31,657 nucleotides of DNA from a virus (Duplodnaviria > Caudoviricetes), in the IMG/VR virus record IMGVR_UViG_3300049182_000073, positions 1 to 31,657 of that record. One strand, 5' to 3'. Position 1 is the stretch's first letter. The number at the start of each line of letters is the position of its first letter. The notes beneath the pieces are model-generated. The model had not been told where the DNA came from. It saw only the letters and a program-made list of their open reading frames with translations, and ran no database searches. Of the stretch, positions 16,462 through 26,073 are shown piece by piece. Both the position numbers and the translations under genes were made by a program.

Positions 16462-16811
16462 TCGGCATGAATAGCAGTACCGGCCGCAGCGTCGTCGGGA
16501 ATCATCACCTGGTGCAATCGATTGCCGACATCCTGACCACCCCCATCGGAACCCGCATCATGCGGCGCGAATACGGCAGTCAACTCGCCGACCTGATCGA
16601 TTGGCCCCTCAACAACGCCACCCGCCTGCAGGCTTATGCGGCCACCACTATTGCTCTGATGCGCTGGGAACCGCGGATTCGCCTTAGTCGCGTGCAACTC
16701 ACGCTGGGCGACATCGCAGGCCAGGCAATTCTCGATATCGACGGCAGCCTGGTGGACACCAACGAGCCGTTGAGCCTGCGCGTCCCCCTGAGCTTGGGAG
16801 CCACAGCATGA
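16458..16811 (+). CDS. Baseplate protein (gpW/gp25-like)
   Basis: HLVQSIADILTTPIGTRIMRREYGS, RWEPRI. Confidence 0.93.
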   Translation: MIGMNSSTGRSVVGNHHLVQSIADILTTPIGTRIMRREYGSQLADLIDWPLNNATRLQAYAATTIALMRWEPRIRLSRVQLTLGDIAGQAILDIDGSLVDTNEPLSLRVPLSLGATA

Positions 16812-17722
16812 AAACGTTCACTCCCATCGACCTGGCGCAATTGCCAGATCCCGACGTCATCGAACAGATCGATTACGAGGTGATCCTTGCGGAACGTATG
16901 GCTTACGCCGTCAGCCTCTGGCCCGCCGAGCAACAGGCCGAAGTCGCTGCGACACTGGCCCTTGAGTCGGAGCCCCTGACAAAGCTCCTGCAGGAGAATG
17001 CCTATCGCGAGATGCTGCTGCGCCAGCGCGTAAACGAAGCGTCCCTGGCCAATATGCTGGCGAAAGCCAAGGGCAAGGACCTGGAGCAGCTCGCCGGCAA
17101 CGTCAACGTCGAACGCCTCGTCGTGACGCCGGGTAACAGCGCAACCATCCCGCCGATCGTTGCGGTGATGGAATCGGACGACTCCCTGCGCGAACGGGCG
17201 CAGATGGCGTGGGAGGGCCTTTCCACAGCGGGGCCCCGAAATAGCTACATCCTCCACGCGCGCAGTGCAGACGGCCGCGTCGCCGATGCCACAGCAGAAA
17301 GCCCATCGCCAGCGGTCGTCGTCGTCACTGTTCAGGGTCTGGTCGGAGACGGAAGCGTCGACCAGGCGTTGCTGGATGTCGTCAGCCGCTACCTCAGCGA
17401 TGAAGATCGCCGCCCGGTTGCCGATCGGCTGACGGTCCAGTCGGCGACTGTTTTGCCCTACCAGGTCGACGCGGTTCTCTACCTTGCGACAACCGGACCA
17501 GAAGCGGAGCCCATACGCGAAGCGGCCGAAGCACGCCTCGTTTCCTACATTAGCCAGCGGCGGCGCCTCGGCGTTGAGATCTCCGAATCAGCTATTCACG
17601 CCGCACTGCACGTTGAGGGCGTGCGAAAGGTTGTTCTGAATAACTGGGCCGACATCACCCCGAACGAAGCCCAGGCGGCGTATTGCACGGGATACACCGT
17701 AGCGATCGGGACACTGTCATGA
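16808..17722 (+). CDS. Baseplate protein (gpJ-like)
   Basis: IDLAQLPDP, LESEPLTKLL, STAGP, RPVADRLTV. Confidence 0.94.
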   Translation: MKTFTPIDLAQLPDPDVIEQIDYEVILAERMAYAVSLWPAEQQAEVAATLALESEPLTKLLQENAYREMLLRQRVNEASLANMLAKAKGKDLEQLAGNVNVERLVVTPGNSATIPPIVAVMESDDSLRERAQMAWEGLSTAGPRNSYILHARSADGRVADATAESPSPAVVVVTVQGLVGDGSVDQALLDVVSRYLSDEDRRPVADRLTVQSATVLPYQVDAVLYLATTGPEAEPIREAAEARLVSYISQRRRLGVEISESAIHAALHVEGVRKVVLNNWADITPNEAQAAYCTGYTVAIGTLS

Positions 17723-18330
17723 CGAGCCTGCTGCCACCAAACGCACAACAGCTGGAGCGGCTGGCGGCTGAGGCACTCGCCCAGATTGAGCGGGTGCCGG
17801 TTCCGATCAGGGACTTGCTGAACCCTGATCGATGCCCGGTGCAGTTGCTGCCCTACCTGGCCTGGGCGTTCTCGGTTGACCGCTGGGACAGCACCTGGTC
17901 CGAAACGACCAAGCGCCAGGTGATCAAAGGCTCGTATTTCCTCCACTCCCGAAAAGGAACTATTGGAGCGCTCCGGCGCGTAGTCGAGCCTTTGGGTTAC
18001 CTGATCGAAATCGTCGAGTGGTTCAACACCGTGCCCGAAGGAGTGCCAGGCACCTTCGCACTGAAGGTCGGCGTGCTGGACACCGGGATTACGGAGGAAA
18101 TGTATCAGGAGCTAGAGCGCCTGATCGATGACGCCAAGCCCGTCAGCCGGCATCTGACCGGGTTGGCGATCAGCCTGGAAACCACCGGCTCAGTTCATAT
18201 CGGCGCCTACCTTACCGAAGGCGACGAGATCGACATTTACCCACCTATACCGCGAGACATCGAGGTCACGGGCTACCTCCACCAGGGCGGCCGTGAACAC
18301 CAGATTGACACCATGGACATCTACCCATGA
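17719..18330 (+). CDS. Baseplate/tail protein (gpI-like)
   Basis: [34 protein letters not shown]. Confidence 0.94.
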   Translation: MTSLLPPNAQQLERLAAEALAQIERVPVPIRDLLNPDRCPVQLLPYLAWAFSVDRWDSTWSETTKRQVIKGSYFLHSRKGTIGALRRVVEPLGYLIEIVEWFNTVPEGVPGTFALKVGVLDTGITEEMYQELERLIDDAKPVSRHLTGLAISLETTGSVHIGAYLTEGDEIDIYPPIPRDIEVTGYLHQGGREHQIDTMDIYP

Positions 18331-20087
18331 CAGACCAGAACAGCCAATTTTTTGCCATCCTCACCGCCATTGGCAGGGCCAAGCAGGCCAACGCGGACGC
18401 CTTGGGCATTCCCTGGACATTTGCCCAAATGGGCGTCGGCGATGCCAACGGCACCGACCCGATCCCTGACGAGCAACAGACTCACTTGATCAACGAACGC
18501 CGTCGCGCCCCGTTGAACCAACTCAGCGTGGACCCAGCCAATCCCAACGTCATCGTCGCCGAGCAAGTCATTCCTGAAAGCGTTGGTGGATGGTGGATTC
18601 GTGAGGTCGGCCTGTATGACGCCGACGGTGACCTGGTCGCCGTGGCGAACTGCGCGCCAAGCTTCAAGCCCCTGCTGACTCAAGGCTCAGGCCGTACTCA
18701 GGTGGTGCGGATGAACCTCGTCGTCAGCAACACCACCAACGTGGAGCTGAAGATTGACCCAAGTGTTGTCTTGGCAACCCGGACCTACGTGGACACCAAG
18801 ACTCGTGACGAGATAAACAAGCTCGACAGCAAACAGTCGGCGCGCGTAGCGACCACAGCCAATATTTCGCTAACCGGGCTCCAGACAATCGACGGTGTGA
18901 GCTTGATTGCAGGGGATCGGGTTCTGGTAAAAAACCAGGCAATCGCGTCACAGAATGGTATTTACGTGGTGGCCAATGGCACCTGGTTACGTGCTGCTGA
19001 TGCAGATGCAAGCGCCGAGGTGACGCCGGGGCTGTTCGTACCGGTCGAGGATGGCACGGTCAACGGTGACAGCGTTTGGCATCTGGTCACCAGCGCTCCG
19101 ATCAGCATCGGCAATACTGGCTTGACCTTCGAGATGCTGGCCGGACGCACCGGCGTGGTGGCTGGCACCTATAGGGCGGTCGCCGTCGATAAGTACGGGC
19201 GCGTTACGGCGGGAGCCAACAACACAGCGACAATTGGCGAGGGTGGGACGGGCGCAACAACGGCAGCCGAGGCGCTGGATAACCTTGGCGGGGCGCCACT
19301 GGCGTCTCCAATGTTCACGGGGACGCCGACAGCGCCGACAGCTGCTGCTGGGACCAACACAACGCAGCTAGCAACGACTGCGTTTGTGGCGGCGATAAAG
19401 ACCGCTTTGGATGCAGTCGATGCGCAAAAGGCGCCATTAGCCAGCCCGGCGCTGACAGGTACGCCGACCGCGCCAACGGCAGCAGTTGGGACCAATACGA
19501 CTCAACTGGCTACCACAGCGTTCGTGGCTGCGGTAAAGACCGCTTTGGATGCTGTCGATGCGCAAAAAGCTCCGTTGGCCAGTCCCGCGCTGTCGGGTAC
19601 GCCGACGGCGCCGACGGCTGCTGCTGGAACCAACACGACGCAGCTGGCAACTACAGGATTCGTGCAGGCAGCTATCGCAACAATCACAACGGCCACCGAG
19701 CTGCTTAAGGGCCTATTACGGATCGGTACTCAAACCGAGGTCGATGCGGGGACCTTGGATACTGTTGCGGTAACACCGAAAAAGCTTCGGTGGGGATTTT
19801 CTGCAAACTTCGCCGCAAACGGTTACGTCGTCTTCCCAACCTGGCTCGGTGGCTTTGTCATCCAATGGGGATCTTTCAATAACGCATCGACCAGCACAGG
19901 AACATTCTCATTCCCAATAGAGTTTCCGGTAGCGGCCCTCTCGGTTTCGCTAACCCGGGCCGGTGGCACTGGGGATCTTGCCGAGGTTCTAACCCTCGCT
20001 AAAACGGGCGTGACATGGCGGCTAGTCGATGCCGCAAACGGGGTCACCGTGAACAATTTGGTCTATGTGCTGGCCGTCGGTAATTAA
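18327..20087 (+). CDS. Tail fibre protein (gpH-like)
   Basis: P2-type N-terminus ([21 protein letters not shown]), internal fibre repeats, C-terminal [17 protein letters not shown]. Confidence 0.93.
   Translation: MTDQNSQFFAILTAIGRAKQANADALGIPWTFAQMGVGDANGTDPIPDEQQTHLINERRRAPLNQLSVDPANPNVIVAEQVIPESVGGWWIREVGLYDADGDLVAVANCAPSFKPLLTQGSGRTQVVRMNLVVSNTTNVELKIDPSVVLATRTYVDTKTRDEINKLDSKQSARVATTANISLTGLQTIDGVSLIAGDRVLVKNQAIASQNGIYVVANGTWLRAADADASAEVTPGLFVPVEDGTVNGDSVWHLVTSAPISIGNTGLTFEMLAGRTGVVAGTYRAVAVDKYGRVTAGANNTATIGEGGTGATTAAEALDNLGGAPLASPMFTGTPTAPTAAAGTNTTQLATTAFVAAIKTALDAVDAQKAPLASPALTGTPTAPTAAVGTNTTQLATTAFVAAVKTALDAVDAQKAPLASPALSGTPTAPTAAAGTNTTQLATTGFVQAAIATITTATELLKGLLRIGTQTEVDAGTLDTVAVTPKKLRWGFSANFAANGYVVFPTWLGGFVIQWGSFNNASTSTGTFSFPIEFPVAALSVSLTRAGGTGDLAEVLTLAKTGVTWRLVDAANGVTVNNLVYVLAVGN
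19293..19676 (+). repeat. 138-bp (46-aa) tandem repeat, about 2.8 copies, inside the tail fibre
   Basis: Units start at 19293, 19431, 19569: [32 protein letters not shown]. Confidence 0.92.
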
Positions 20088-20099
20088 TAGGGGAAGTTT

Positions 20100-20480
20100 A
20101 TGGAGCGTTTCTATAGTCGGAGAACCGGTTGCAGTTACCTTAAAGATATCCACGCCATTCCGGACGATGCGGTTCCAATCTCGGAAGATCGTTATCAACT
20201 CGTAATCGCAAATCCGATGCCAGGAAAAATTCGGGATCATGATCAGGATGGTTTGCCGATTCTTGTTGATCCGCCGCCCGCGTCGCCAGAGACTCGTGAG
20301 CAGATAGAGGAACGCCGCCTTCGTGCCTACGCTGCACCGTTGACTGGATCTGACCGCTACTTCGCCGAGGCGCAGCGCGAAAGCCTGTTAGGTAATGTGG
20401 AGGCTGCCGAAGCGGCTAAGGCGCAGGGTATGGCTCGCTTCGTCGAGATCCAGGCCGAATATCCATGGCCTGCACAGTAG
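20100..20480 (+). CDS. Tail fibre assembly chaperone (gpG position)
   Basis: IPDDAVPIS, GLPILVDPPP, terminal YPWP; follows the fibre. Confidence 0.82.
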   Translation: MERFYSRRTGCSYLKDIHAIPDDAVPISEDRYQLVIANPMPGKIRDHDQDGLPILVDPPPASPETREQIEERRLRAYAAPLTGSDRYFAEAQRESLLGNVEAAEAAKAQGMARFVEIQAEYPWPAQ

Positions 20481-20542
20481 CTCAACTGGCCACATGACAG
20501 TCCCCACACTGGGAACACCTTCGCTTTTGACGAAACGCGACC

Positions 20543-20561
20543 TGTAATCCTTGCCCTCACA
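20543..20561 (+). promoter_or_regulatory. Putative Ogr-family activator site upstream of FI
   Basis: TGT-N13-ACA. Confidence 0.7.
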
Positions 20562-20635
20562 ACCCCTCGCGCTCGCCCAACCGGCGCGCGCGAGGCAGCC
20601 TGTGCTTCATTGTCACCCACGCGCAGGTTTCCCCC

Positions 20636-21808
20636 ATGGCCACTGATTACCACCACGGCGTCCGAGTTGTTGAAATCAACGAAGGCACCCGCCCGATCCG
20701 CACCGTCGCAACTGCCGTCGTCGGCATGGTCTGCACCGCTGAAGATGCCGACCCCATCGCGTTTCCATTGAACCGCCCTGTCCTGCTTACCGACGTGCTT
20801 ACCGCTAGCGGTAAGGCAGGTGTGAAAGGCACGCTCGCAAAAAGCCTGGACGCCATTGCCGACCAGGCCAGCCCCATCACTGTTGTCGTTCGAGTTGCCG
20901 AGGGGCAGGACGCGGCCGAGACCACCACCAACGTAATCGGCGGGGTGACCCCCGGCGGTCAGTACACCGGGCTCAAGGCTCTGCTGGCTGCAGAAGCGCA
21001 GTTGGGCGTGCGACCGCGCATTCTGGGCGTGCCGGGCCTCGACTCGCTGCCAGTGGCCACTGAACTGGTGCTCACCGCGCAAAAGCTGCGTGGGTTCGCT
21101 TACGCCAGCGCCTGGGATTGCGACACCGTATCGGACGTTATCGCCTACAGGGAAAACTTCGGTGCCCGCGAGCTGATGACCATCTGGCCCGATTTCGTGA
21201 ACTGGGACACCACCCTGAATGCCGACGCGCCGGCGTCGGCCATCGCCCGCGCCCTGGGCCTGCGCGCCAAACTCGATGAGCAAGTGGGTTGGCACAAAAC
21301 ACTGTCCAACGTCGCCGTGAACGGCGTATCCGGACTGAGCCGGGACATCTACTGGGATCTGCAGAACCCCGCCACCGACGCGGGCCTGCTGAACGCTGCA
21401 GACGTCACCACGCTGATTCGCCGCGACGGCTTCCGCTTCTGGGGTTCGCGCACCTGCAGCGACGATCCTTTGTTCGCCTTCGAAAACTACACCCGTACCG
21501 CCCAGGTACTGGCGGACACCATGGCCGAGGGTCAGTTCTGGGCAGTAGACAAGCCGATGCACGCGAGCCTGGTCCGCGACATCGTCGAAGGCATCAACGC
21601 CAAATTCCGCGAACTGGTCCGCCTTGGCTATCTGATCGGCGGGGAGTGCTGGTACGACGAAGCCGCCAACGATAAGGACACCCTCAAGGCCGGCAAGCTG
21701 TTCCTGGATTACGACTACACGCCAGTGCCGCCCCTGGAGAACCTGGCGCTTCGTCAGCGCATCACCGATCGCTACCTGGTCGACTTCGCCAGCCGCGTCA
21801 ACGCCTGA
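20636..21808 (+). CDS. Tail sheath protein (FI-like)
   Basis: [38 protein letters not shown]. Confidence 0.96.
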   Translation: MATDYHHGVRVVEINEGTRPIRTVATAVVGMVCTAEDADPIAFPLNRPVLLTDVLTASGKAGVKGTLAKSLDAIADQASPITVVVRVAEGQDAAETTTNVIGGVTPGGQYTGLKALLAAEAQLGVRPRILGVPGLDSLPVATELVLTAQKLRGFAYASAWDCDTVSDVIAYRENFGARELMTIWPDFVNWDTTLNADAPASAIARALGLRAKLDEQVGWHKTLSNVAVNGVSGLSRDIYWDLQNPATDAGLLNAADVTTLIRRDGFRFWGSRTCSDDPLFAFENYTRTAQVLADTMAEGQFWAVDKPMHASLVRDIVEGINAKFRELVRLGYLIGGECWYDEAANDKDTLKAGKLFLDYDYTPVPPLENLALRQRITDRYLVDFASRVNA

Positions 21809-21857
21809 TATTCATTCATCCGCGCGGCGACGGCCGCGCCTTTAGGAGAGCGCCGAC

Positions 21858-22373
21858 ATGGCTCTGCCCAAAAAGCTCAAGAACATGAATTTGTACAACG
21901 ACGGCGTCAGCTACGTCGGCGAATGCAAGAGCGTCACCCTGCCCAAACTTGCTCGCAAGCTCGAAGCCTTTCGCGGCGGCGGCATGGACGGAGCCGTGAA
22001 GGTCGACCTCGGCCACGGCGACGACGGCATTCAGCTCGAATGGACGCTCGGTGGCTGGGATCTGACGGCGCTGCGTCAATACGGCGCCGTATCGGCCAGC
22101 GGCGTGATGCTGCGTTGGGCAGGTTCCATCCAACGCGACGACACCGGCGAGGTCTCGGCGGTTGAGGTGGTCGTGCGCGGCCGGCATGAAGAGATCGACA
22201 TGGGCGACTCGGAAAGCGGCGAGGACACCGAACACAAGTTCACCACCACCTGCAGCTATTACAAGCTGACCATCGACGGCAATGAAGAGATCGAGATCGA
22301 CTTGCTCAACTTCATTTTCAAGGTCAACGGCACCGACATGTTGGCTGAACACCGCAAGGCCATCGGCCTGTAA
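21858..22373 (+). CDS. Tail tube protein (FII-like)
   Basis: MALPKKLKNMNL, RGGGMDG, YYKLTIDG. Confidence 0.95.
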   Translation: MALPKKLKNMNLYNDGVSYVGECKSVTLPKLARKLEAFRGGGMDGAVKVDLGHGDDGIQLEWTLGGWDLTALRQYGAVSASGVMLRWAGSIQRDDTGEVSAVEVVVRGRHEEIDMGDSESGEDTEHKFTTTCSYYKLTIDGNEEIEIDLLNFIFKVNGTDMLAEHRKAIGL

Positions 22374-22428
22374 ACGAACCTCACCCGCCGGCACGTCCGG
22401 CGTATTCGCTAAATGAAAGGACCGCAGC

Positions 22429-22773
22429 ATGAAAACCCCAGAAAAAGACGAAACCGTAACGACCACCGTTGAGAAAAACCCAAACCGTCCTGTCATCACC
22501 CTGGACACCCCGATCGTACGAGGTTCGACCGAAATCACCGAAGTCACGCTGCGCAAACCGGTCTCCGGCGAGCTGCGCGGCGTCACGCTGACCGATCTGC
22601 TGCAGATGGACGTGCTCGCCTTGCGCAAGGTCTTGCCACGCATCACCACGCCAACCCTGAACGATCACGAGATCGGCAACATGGATCCCGCCGATCTGGT
22701 GCAGATGGCCACCGAGGTCGCCGGTTTTTTGCTGCCGAAGTCGGCGAAGGTGGATGCATCCCTCGTTGCGTAG
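22429..22773 (+). CDS. Tail assembly chaperone (gpE-like)
   Basis: TLRKPVSGELRG, LPRITTP, MDPADL. Confidence 0.92.
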   Translation: MKTPEKDETVTTTVEKNPNRPVITLDTPIVRGSTEITEVTLRKPVSGELRGVTLTDLLQMDVLALRKVLPRITTPTLNDHEIGNMDPADLVQMATEVAGFLLPKSAKVDASLVA

Positions 22774-22901
22774 ATGACGCCATGGCGGATATCGCCGTGA
22801 TTTTCCACTGGGGGCCGGCGGAAATGGATCCGCTTCCCCTGACTGAACTGATGGAATGGCGCGAGCGCGCCCGCAAGCGAAGTGGGGCGAAAGATGACTG
22901 A
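22725..22901 (+). CDS. gpE' extension via -1 frameshift at TTTTTTG (not in ORF track)
   Basis: Slippery run at 22725-22731; -1 frame open through MADIAVIFHWGPAEMDPLPLTELMEWRERARKRSGAKDD to TGA 22901, as in P2 E+E'. Confidence 0.85.
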   Translation, partial: FFAAEVGEGGCIPRCVDDAMADIAVIFHWGPAEMDPLPLTELMEWRERARKRSGAKDD

Positions 22902-25626
22902 CAAGCTGCGGCTGGAATTTCTGCTGTCGGCGATCGACAAGGTCACCGCGCCCCTCAAGCAAATCAGTGCTGGGAGCAATGCCACCTCTCGCGCCCTGAA
23001 AGCGGCGCGGGACCAGCTCAAAGAGCTCAACGCCCAGCAGTCCAACATTTCCAGCTATACCCGGCAGCGGGAAGCCGTCCGCCAATCGTCCGAGGAGTTG
23101 GCCCGGGCACAGGACAAGTTACGAGGCTTGCGCGAGCAGCTGCAGAAAATGGACGCGCCTTCTGCAGCTTTTCAAAAGTCATTCGTCAACGCCTCGGCCG
23201 CTGTGGAAAAACTGACGAATAAACACAACGCTCAGCGATCGGAGCTGCAGCGCCTGATTCCACTTATAAAATCTACCGGTGCCGACACCCGCAACCTGGG
23301 GACCACCGAGCGCCGCTTGAAGACCGAGATCGAGGCGGCCAACAAAGCCATCCAGTCGCAGAAGGATCGCCTCACCGCGCTTGCCAAACAGCAGGAACGC
23401 GTCTCTCGAGCACAGAAAAATTATTCGAAAGGTCGAGAGCTCGCAGGCAACGCGGCTGTCGCGGGCGCGAGCGCCGGAGCCGTGGGGGCCGCAACTGGCA
23501 TGCCTATCCTCGGGATGGTTAAAAACTACTCCCGCTTCGAGGACGCGATGGCGGGAGTTGCCAAACAGGTCGAAGGCGCCCGGGATGGCAATGGCCAGCT
23601 CACCCAGACCTATTACGAGATGGCCACCGCCATTAAAAAGATGGCTGAGACCATCCCAATGGCCACCACGGACATCGCAGCCCTGGTGGAAGGCGGCGCC
23701 CGAATGGGCATTCAAGGCAAGGACGATCTATTGGAATTTGCCCGGGTCGCTGCAACCGCCGCAACGGCCTTCGACCTGCCTGCAGAGGAAGTGGGCGAGA
23801 ACCTGGCGCGAATCGCAAACCTCTACAAGCTGCCTATCAAAAACGTGAGCCAGCTTGGCGATGCGATCAACTTCCTAGACGACAACGCCATGTCGAAAGG
23901 CGCAGACATCATTGACGTGATGCAGCGCACCGCGGGCATCACAGCATCGGTCGGCATGTCCTTCAAGGACGCCGCTGCTTTGGGTTCGACCTTCCTCACT
24001 CTGGGCGCGTCTTCGGAGATCGCAGCGTCAGCAACAAACGCCATGATCCGCGAGCTCGCGATCGCCACGCAGCAACCAAAGCGGTTTGTAGAGGGTTTGA
24101 AGTCCATTGGCCTGGAAGCAAAGGCTGTCCAGGACGGCATGGCTAAGGACGCTACGGGCACGATCAAGACCGTGCTCGATGCCGTCAACAAACTGCCAAA
24201 AGGCGAGCAACTCGGAGTGATGACTCAACTTTTCGGCAAAGAGTACGGAGACGACGCCGCGAAACTTGCCGCCAATATGGGGGAGTACCGTCGCCAGCTC
24301 GAGCTGGTAAACGGGGCGGATAATGCGCCAAAGCGGGATGGGTCCATGCAGCGCGAAGGTGATATTCGTGCGGATCAGCTCTCCGCTCGATGGGAGATGT
24401 CCCAAAACCGCATGTTCAACCTGAGCAGCGCCCTGGGCGCCACACTACGGCCAGCTTTGATTGAGCTGATCACCGGGTTCAATGGTGTCCTGGAGCGCGT
24501 AAACGCGTGGGCAACGGCAAACCCCGGCCTGGTGTTGGGCATTCTGAAAGTTGGCGCCGGGATCGCAGCCTTGTCGATCGGCTTCAGCACGGTCGCCCTC
24601 TCCCTCGCAACTACCCTTGGACCGTTCCTCGCTGTCCGTTATGGGCTGTCCTTGATCGGGATCCGCCTGCCCTCTCTGATCGGTTTGTTGTTCAACTTGG
24701 GATCGAAAGTTCTGCCCGTCGTTGGCCAGGCCTTCATGTGGATTGGCCGTCTACTGATGGCGAACCCCATCGGGCTCGCGATTACGGCGATCGCCGCCGC
24801 TGCGTACCTGATCTACGCCAACTGGGACAAGGTGAAGGCTTATTTCGCAAGCGCCTGGGCGGAGATCAAGCTTGGATTCAGTGGCGGAATCGGCGGCATC
24901 CTGCAGACGCTGGCCAACTTCAGCCCCATCGGCCTGATCTATCAGGCCTTCTCGGCGGTGATGAACTACATGGGCGTCGAGCTGCCGGGCCGATTCACCG
25001 AGTTCGGCGGGATGATCATATCCGGCTTGGTCAACGGCATCACCAACGCGATGGGCTCCGTGAAGACGGCCATTTCCGACGCCGGCAGCAGCACCATCGA
25101 CTGGTTCAAGGAGAAGCTGGGCATTCACAGCCCATCGCGGGTGTTCGCCGAGCTGGGCGGCTTCACCATGGCCGGCTTGGCGCAGGGCGTGACTGAAGGC
25201 CAGAACGGTCCAATGGAAGCGGTGAAAGCCGTGGGCGAACTGATGACCCAGGCGGGGACCGTGACCATCGGCGCCATCACCAACGCAGGCGCAGCGTTGA
25301 GCCCGGTGGGGGCCGGTGCGACGACGGGAAGCGGTGGCATGCTCGAATCGATCATGGGAGCGGGCAAGCGCCTGGCCCAAGCTGGCGCAATGGCTGTGGG
25401 CATAGGTGGCGCCCAGGGCGCGATCGCTGTCGATAATCGCCCGCCGATCAGTCCTGCAGCAGCGCCAGCCGCGACGCAGATGGCACCCGATCAAATCATC
25501 ATCAACATTCACCCTGCCCCGGGGCTGGACGCCGCCGCGATCGCGCGCGCCGTCTCTGCCGAGCTCGACAAGCGCCAGCACGCAAAACAAGCCAAGGGCC
25601 GCAGTGCCCTTTTTGACCAGGAGTAA
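22894..25626 (+). CDS. Tail tape measure protein (gpT-like)
   Basis: About 910 aa, Ala-rich, AIDKVTAPL, ANPIGL, LGIHSPSRVF; synteny. Confidence 0.95.
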   Translation: MTDKLRLEFLLSAIDKVTAPLKQISAGSNATSRALKAARDQLKELNAQQSNISSYTRQREAVRQSSEELARAQDKLRGLREQLQKMDAPSAAFQKSFVNASAAVEKLTNKHNAQRSELQRLIPLIKSTGADTRNLGTTERRLKTEIEAANKAIQSQKDRLTALAKQQERVSRAQKNYSKGRELAGNAAVAGASAGAVGAATGMPILGMVKNYSRFEDAMAGVAKQVEGARDGNGQLTQTYYEMATAIKKMAETIPMATTDIAALVEGGARMGIQGKDDLLEFARVAATAATAFDLPAEEVGENLARIANLYKLPIKNVSQLGDAINFLDDNAMSKGADIIDVMQRTAGITASVGMSFKDAAALGSTFLTLGASSEIAASATNAMIRELAIATQQPKRFVEGLKSIGLEAKAVQDGMAKDATGTIKTVLDAVNKLPKGEQLGVMTQLFGKEYGDDAAKLAANMGEYRRQLELVNGADNAPKRDGSMQREGDIRADQLSARWEMSQNRMFNLSSALGATLRPALIELITGFNGVLERVNAWATANPGLVLGILKVGAGIAALSIGFSTVALSLATTLGPFLAVRYGLSLIGIRLPSLIGLLFNLGSKVLPVVGQAFMWIGRLLMANPIGLAITAIAAAAYLIYANWDKVKAYFASAWAEIKLGFSGGIGGILQTLANFSPIGLIYQAFSAVMNYMGVELPGRFTEFGGMIISGLVNGITNAMGSVKTAISDAGSSTIDWFKEKLGIHSPSRVFAELGGFTMAGLAQGVTEGQNGPMEAVKAVGELMTQAGTVTIGAITNAGAALSPVGAGATTGSGGMLESIMGAGKRLAQAGAMAVGIGGAQGAIAVDNRPPISPAAAPAATQMAPDQIIINIHPAPGLDAAAIARAVSAELDKRQHAKQAKGRSALFDQE

Positions 25627-25632
25627 ACGAAC

Positions 25633-26073
25633 ATGATGATGTCACTGGGCATGTTCATCTTCAGCCTTGAAACCCTGGCCTACCAGGAGCTGCAGCGGCA
25701 GACCGAATGGCGCCACGGCACGACCTCGCGCATCGGTACCAACCCTTCACGCCAGTTTCTTGGCCGGGGGGAGGACTCCATAAGTTTGCCCGGGTTGCTT
25801 CTGCCTGCGCTTGCTGGGACCCCACTCAGCCTCGACACACTTCGCGCCATGGCCGATACCGGCAAGGCATGGCCCTTGATCGAGGGCACCGGCCGAATCC
25901 TGGGTATCTGGGTGATCGACAACATCACCGAGAACAAAACCCTGTTTTTTCCGGACGGCGCAGCGCGCCGCATCGAATTCACCATCTCGCTCAAACGGAT
26001 CGATGACGGCCGCGTCGACCTACTCGGGGCTGGCATAAGTACCGTAGGCAACATTTTGAGGAACGTCCTGTGA
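25633..26073 (+). CDS. Tail protein (gpU-like)
   Basis: MMMSLGMFIF, QFLGRG, DGAARRIEF. Confidence 0.93.
   Translation: MMMSLGMFIFSLETLAYQELQRQTEWRHGTTSRIGTNPSRQFLGRGEDSISLPGLLLPALAGTPLSLDTLRAMADTGKAWPLIEGTGRILGIWVIDNITENKTLFFPDGAARRIEFTISLKRIDDGRVDLLGAGISTVGNILRNVL

Noticed and set aside
19293-19676. CRISPR-like or DGR interpretation of the repeats
   Set aside because: The repeats are in-frame protein repeats with no spacers; no cas or reverse transcriptase gene is in the window.
20499-20520. GTCCCCACACTGGGAACACC (reads VPTLGTP), a possible third BRO-like dyad
   Set aside because: The dyad is short, its centre is out of register with GGT-N15-ACC, and the GGT arm is absent; likely chance.
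2228-25590. Long antisense or alternate-frame ORFs (e.g. 2228-3328, 7711-8859, 9563-10750, 20357-21562, 24751-25590)
   Set aside because: They are shadows of well-supported genes in GC-rich DNA and show no recognisable motifs.
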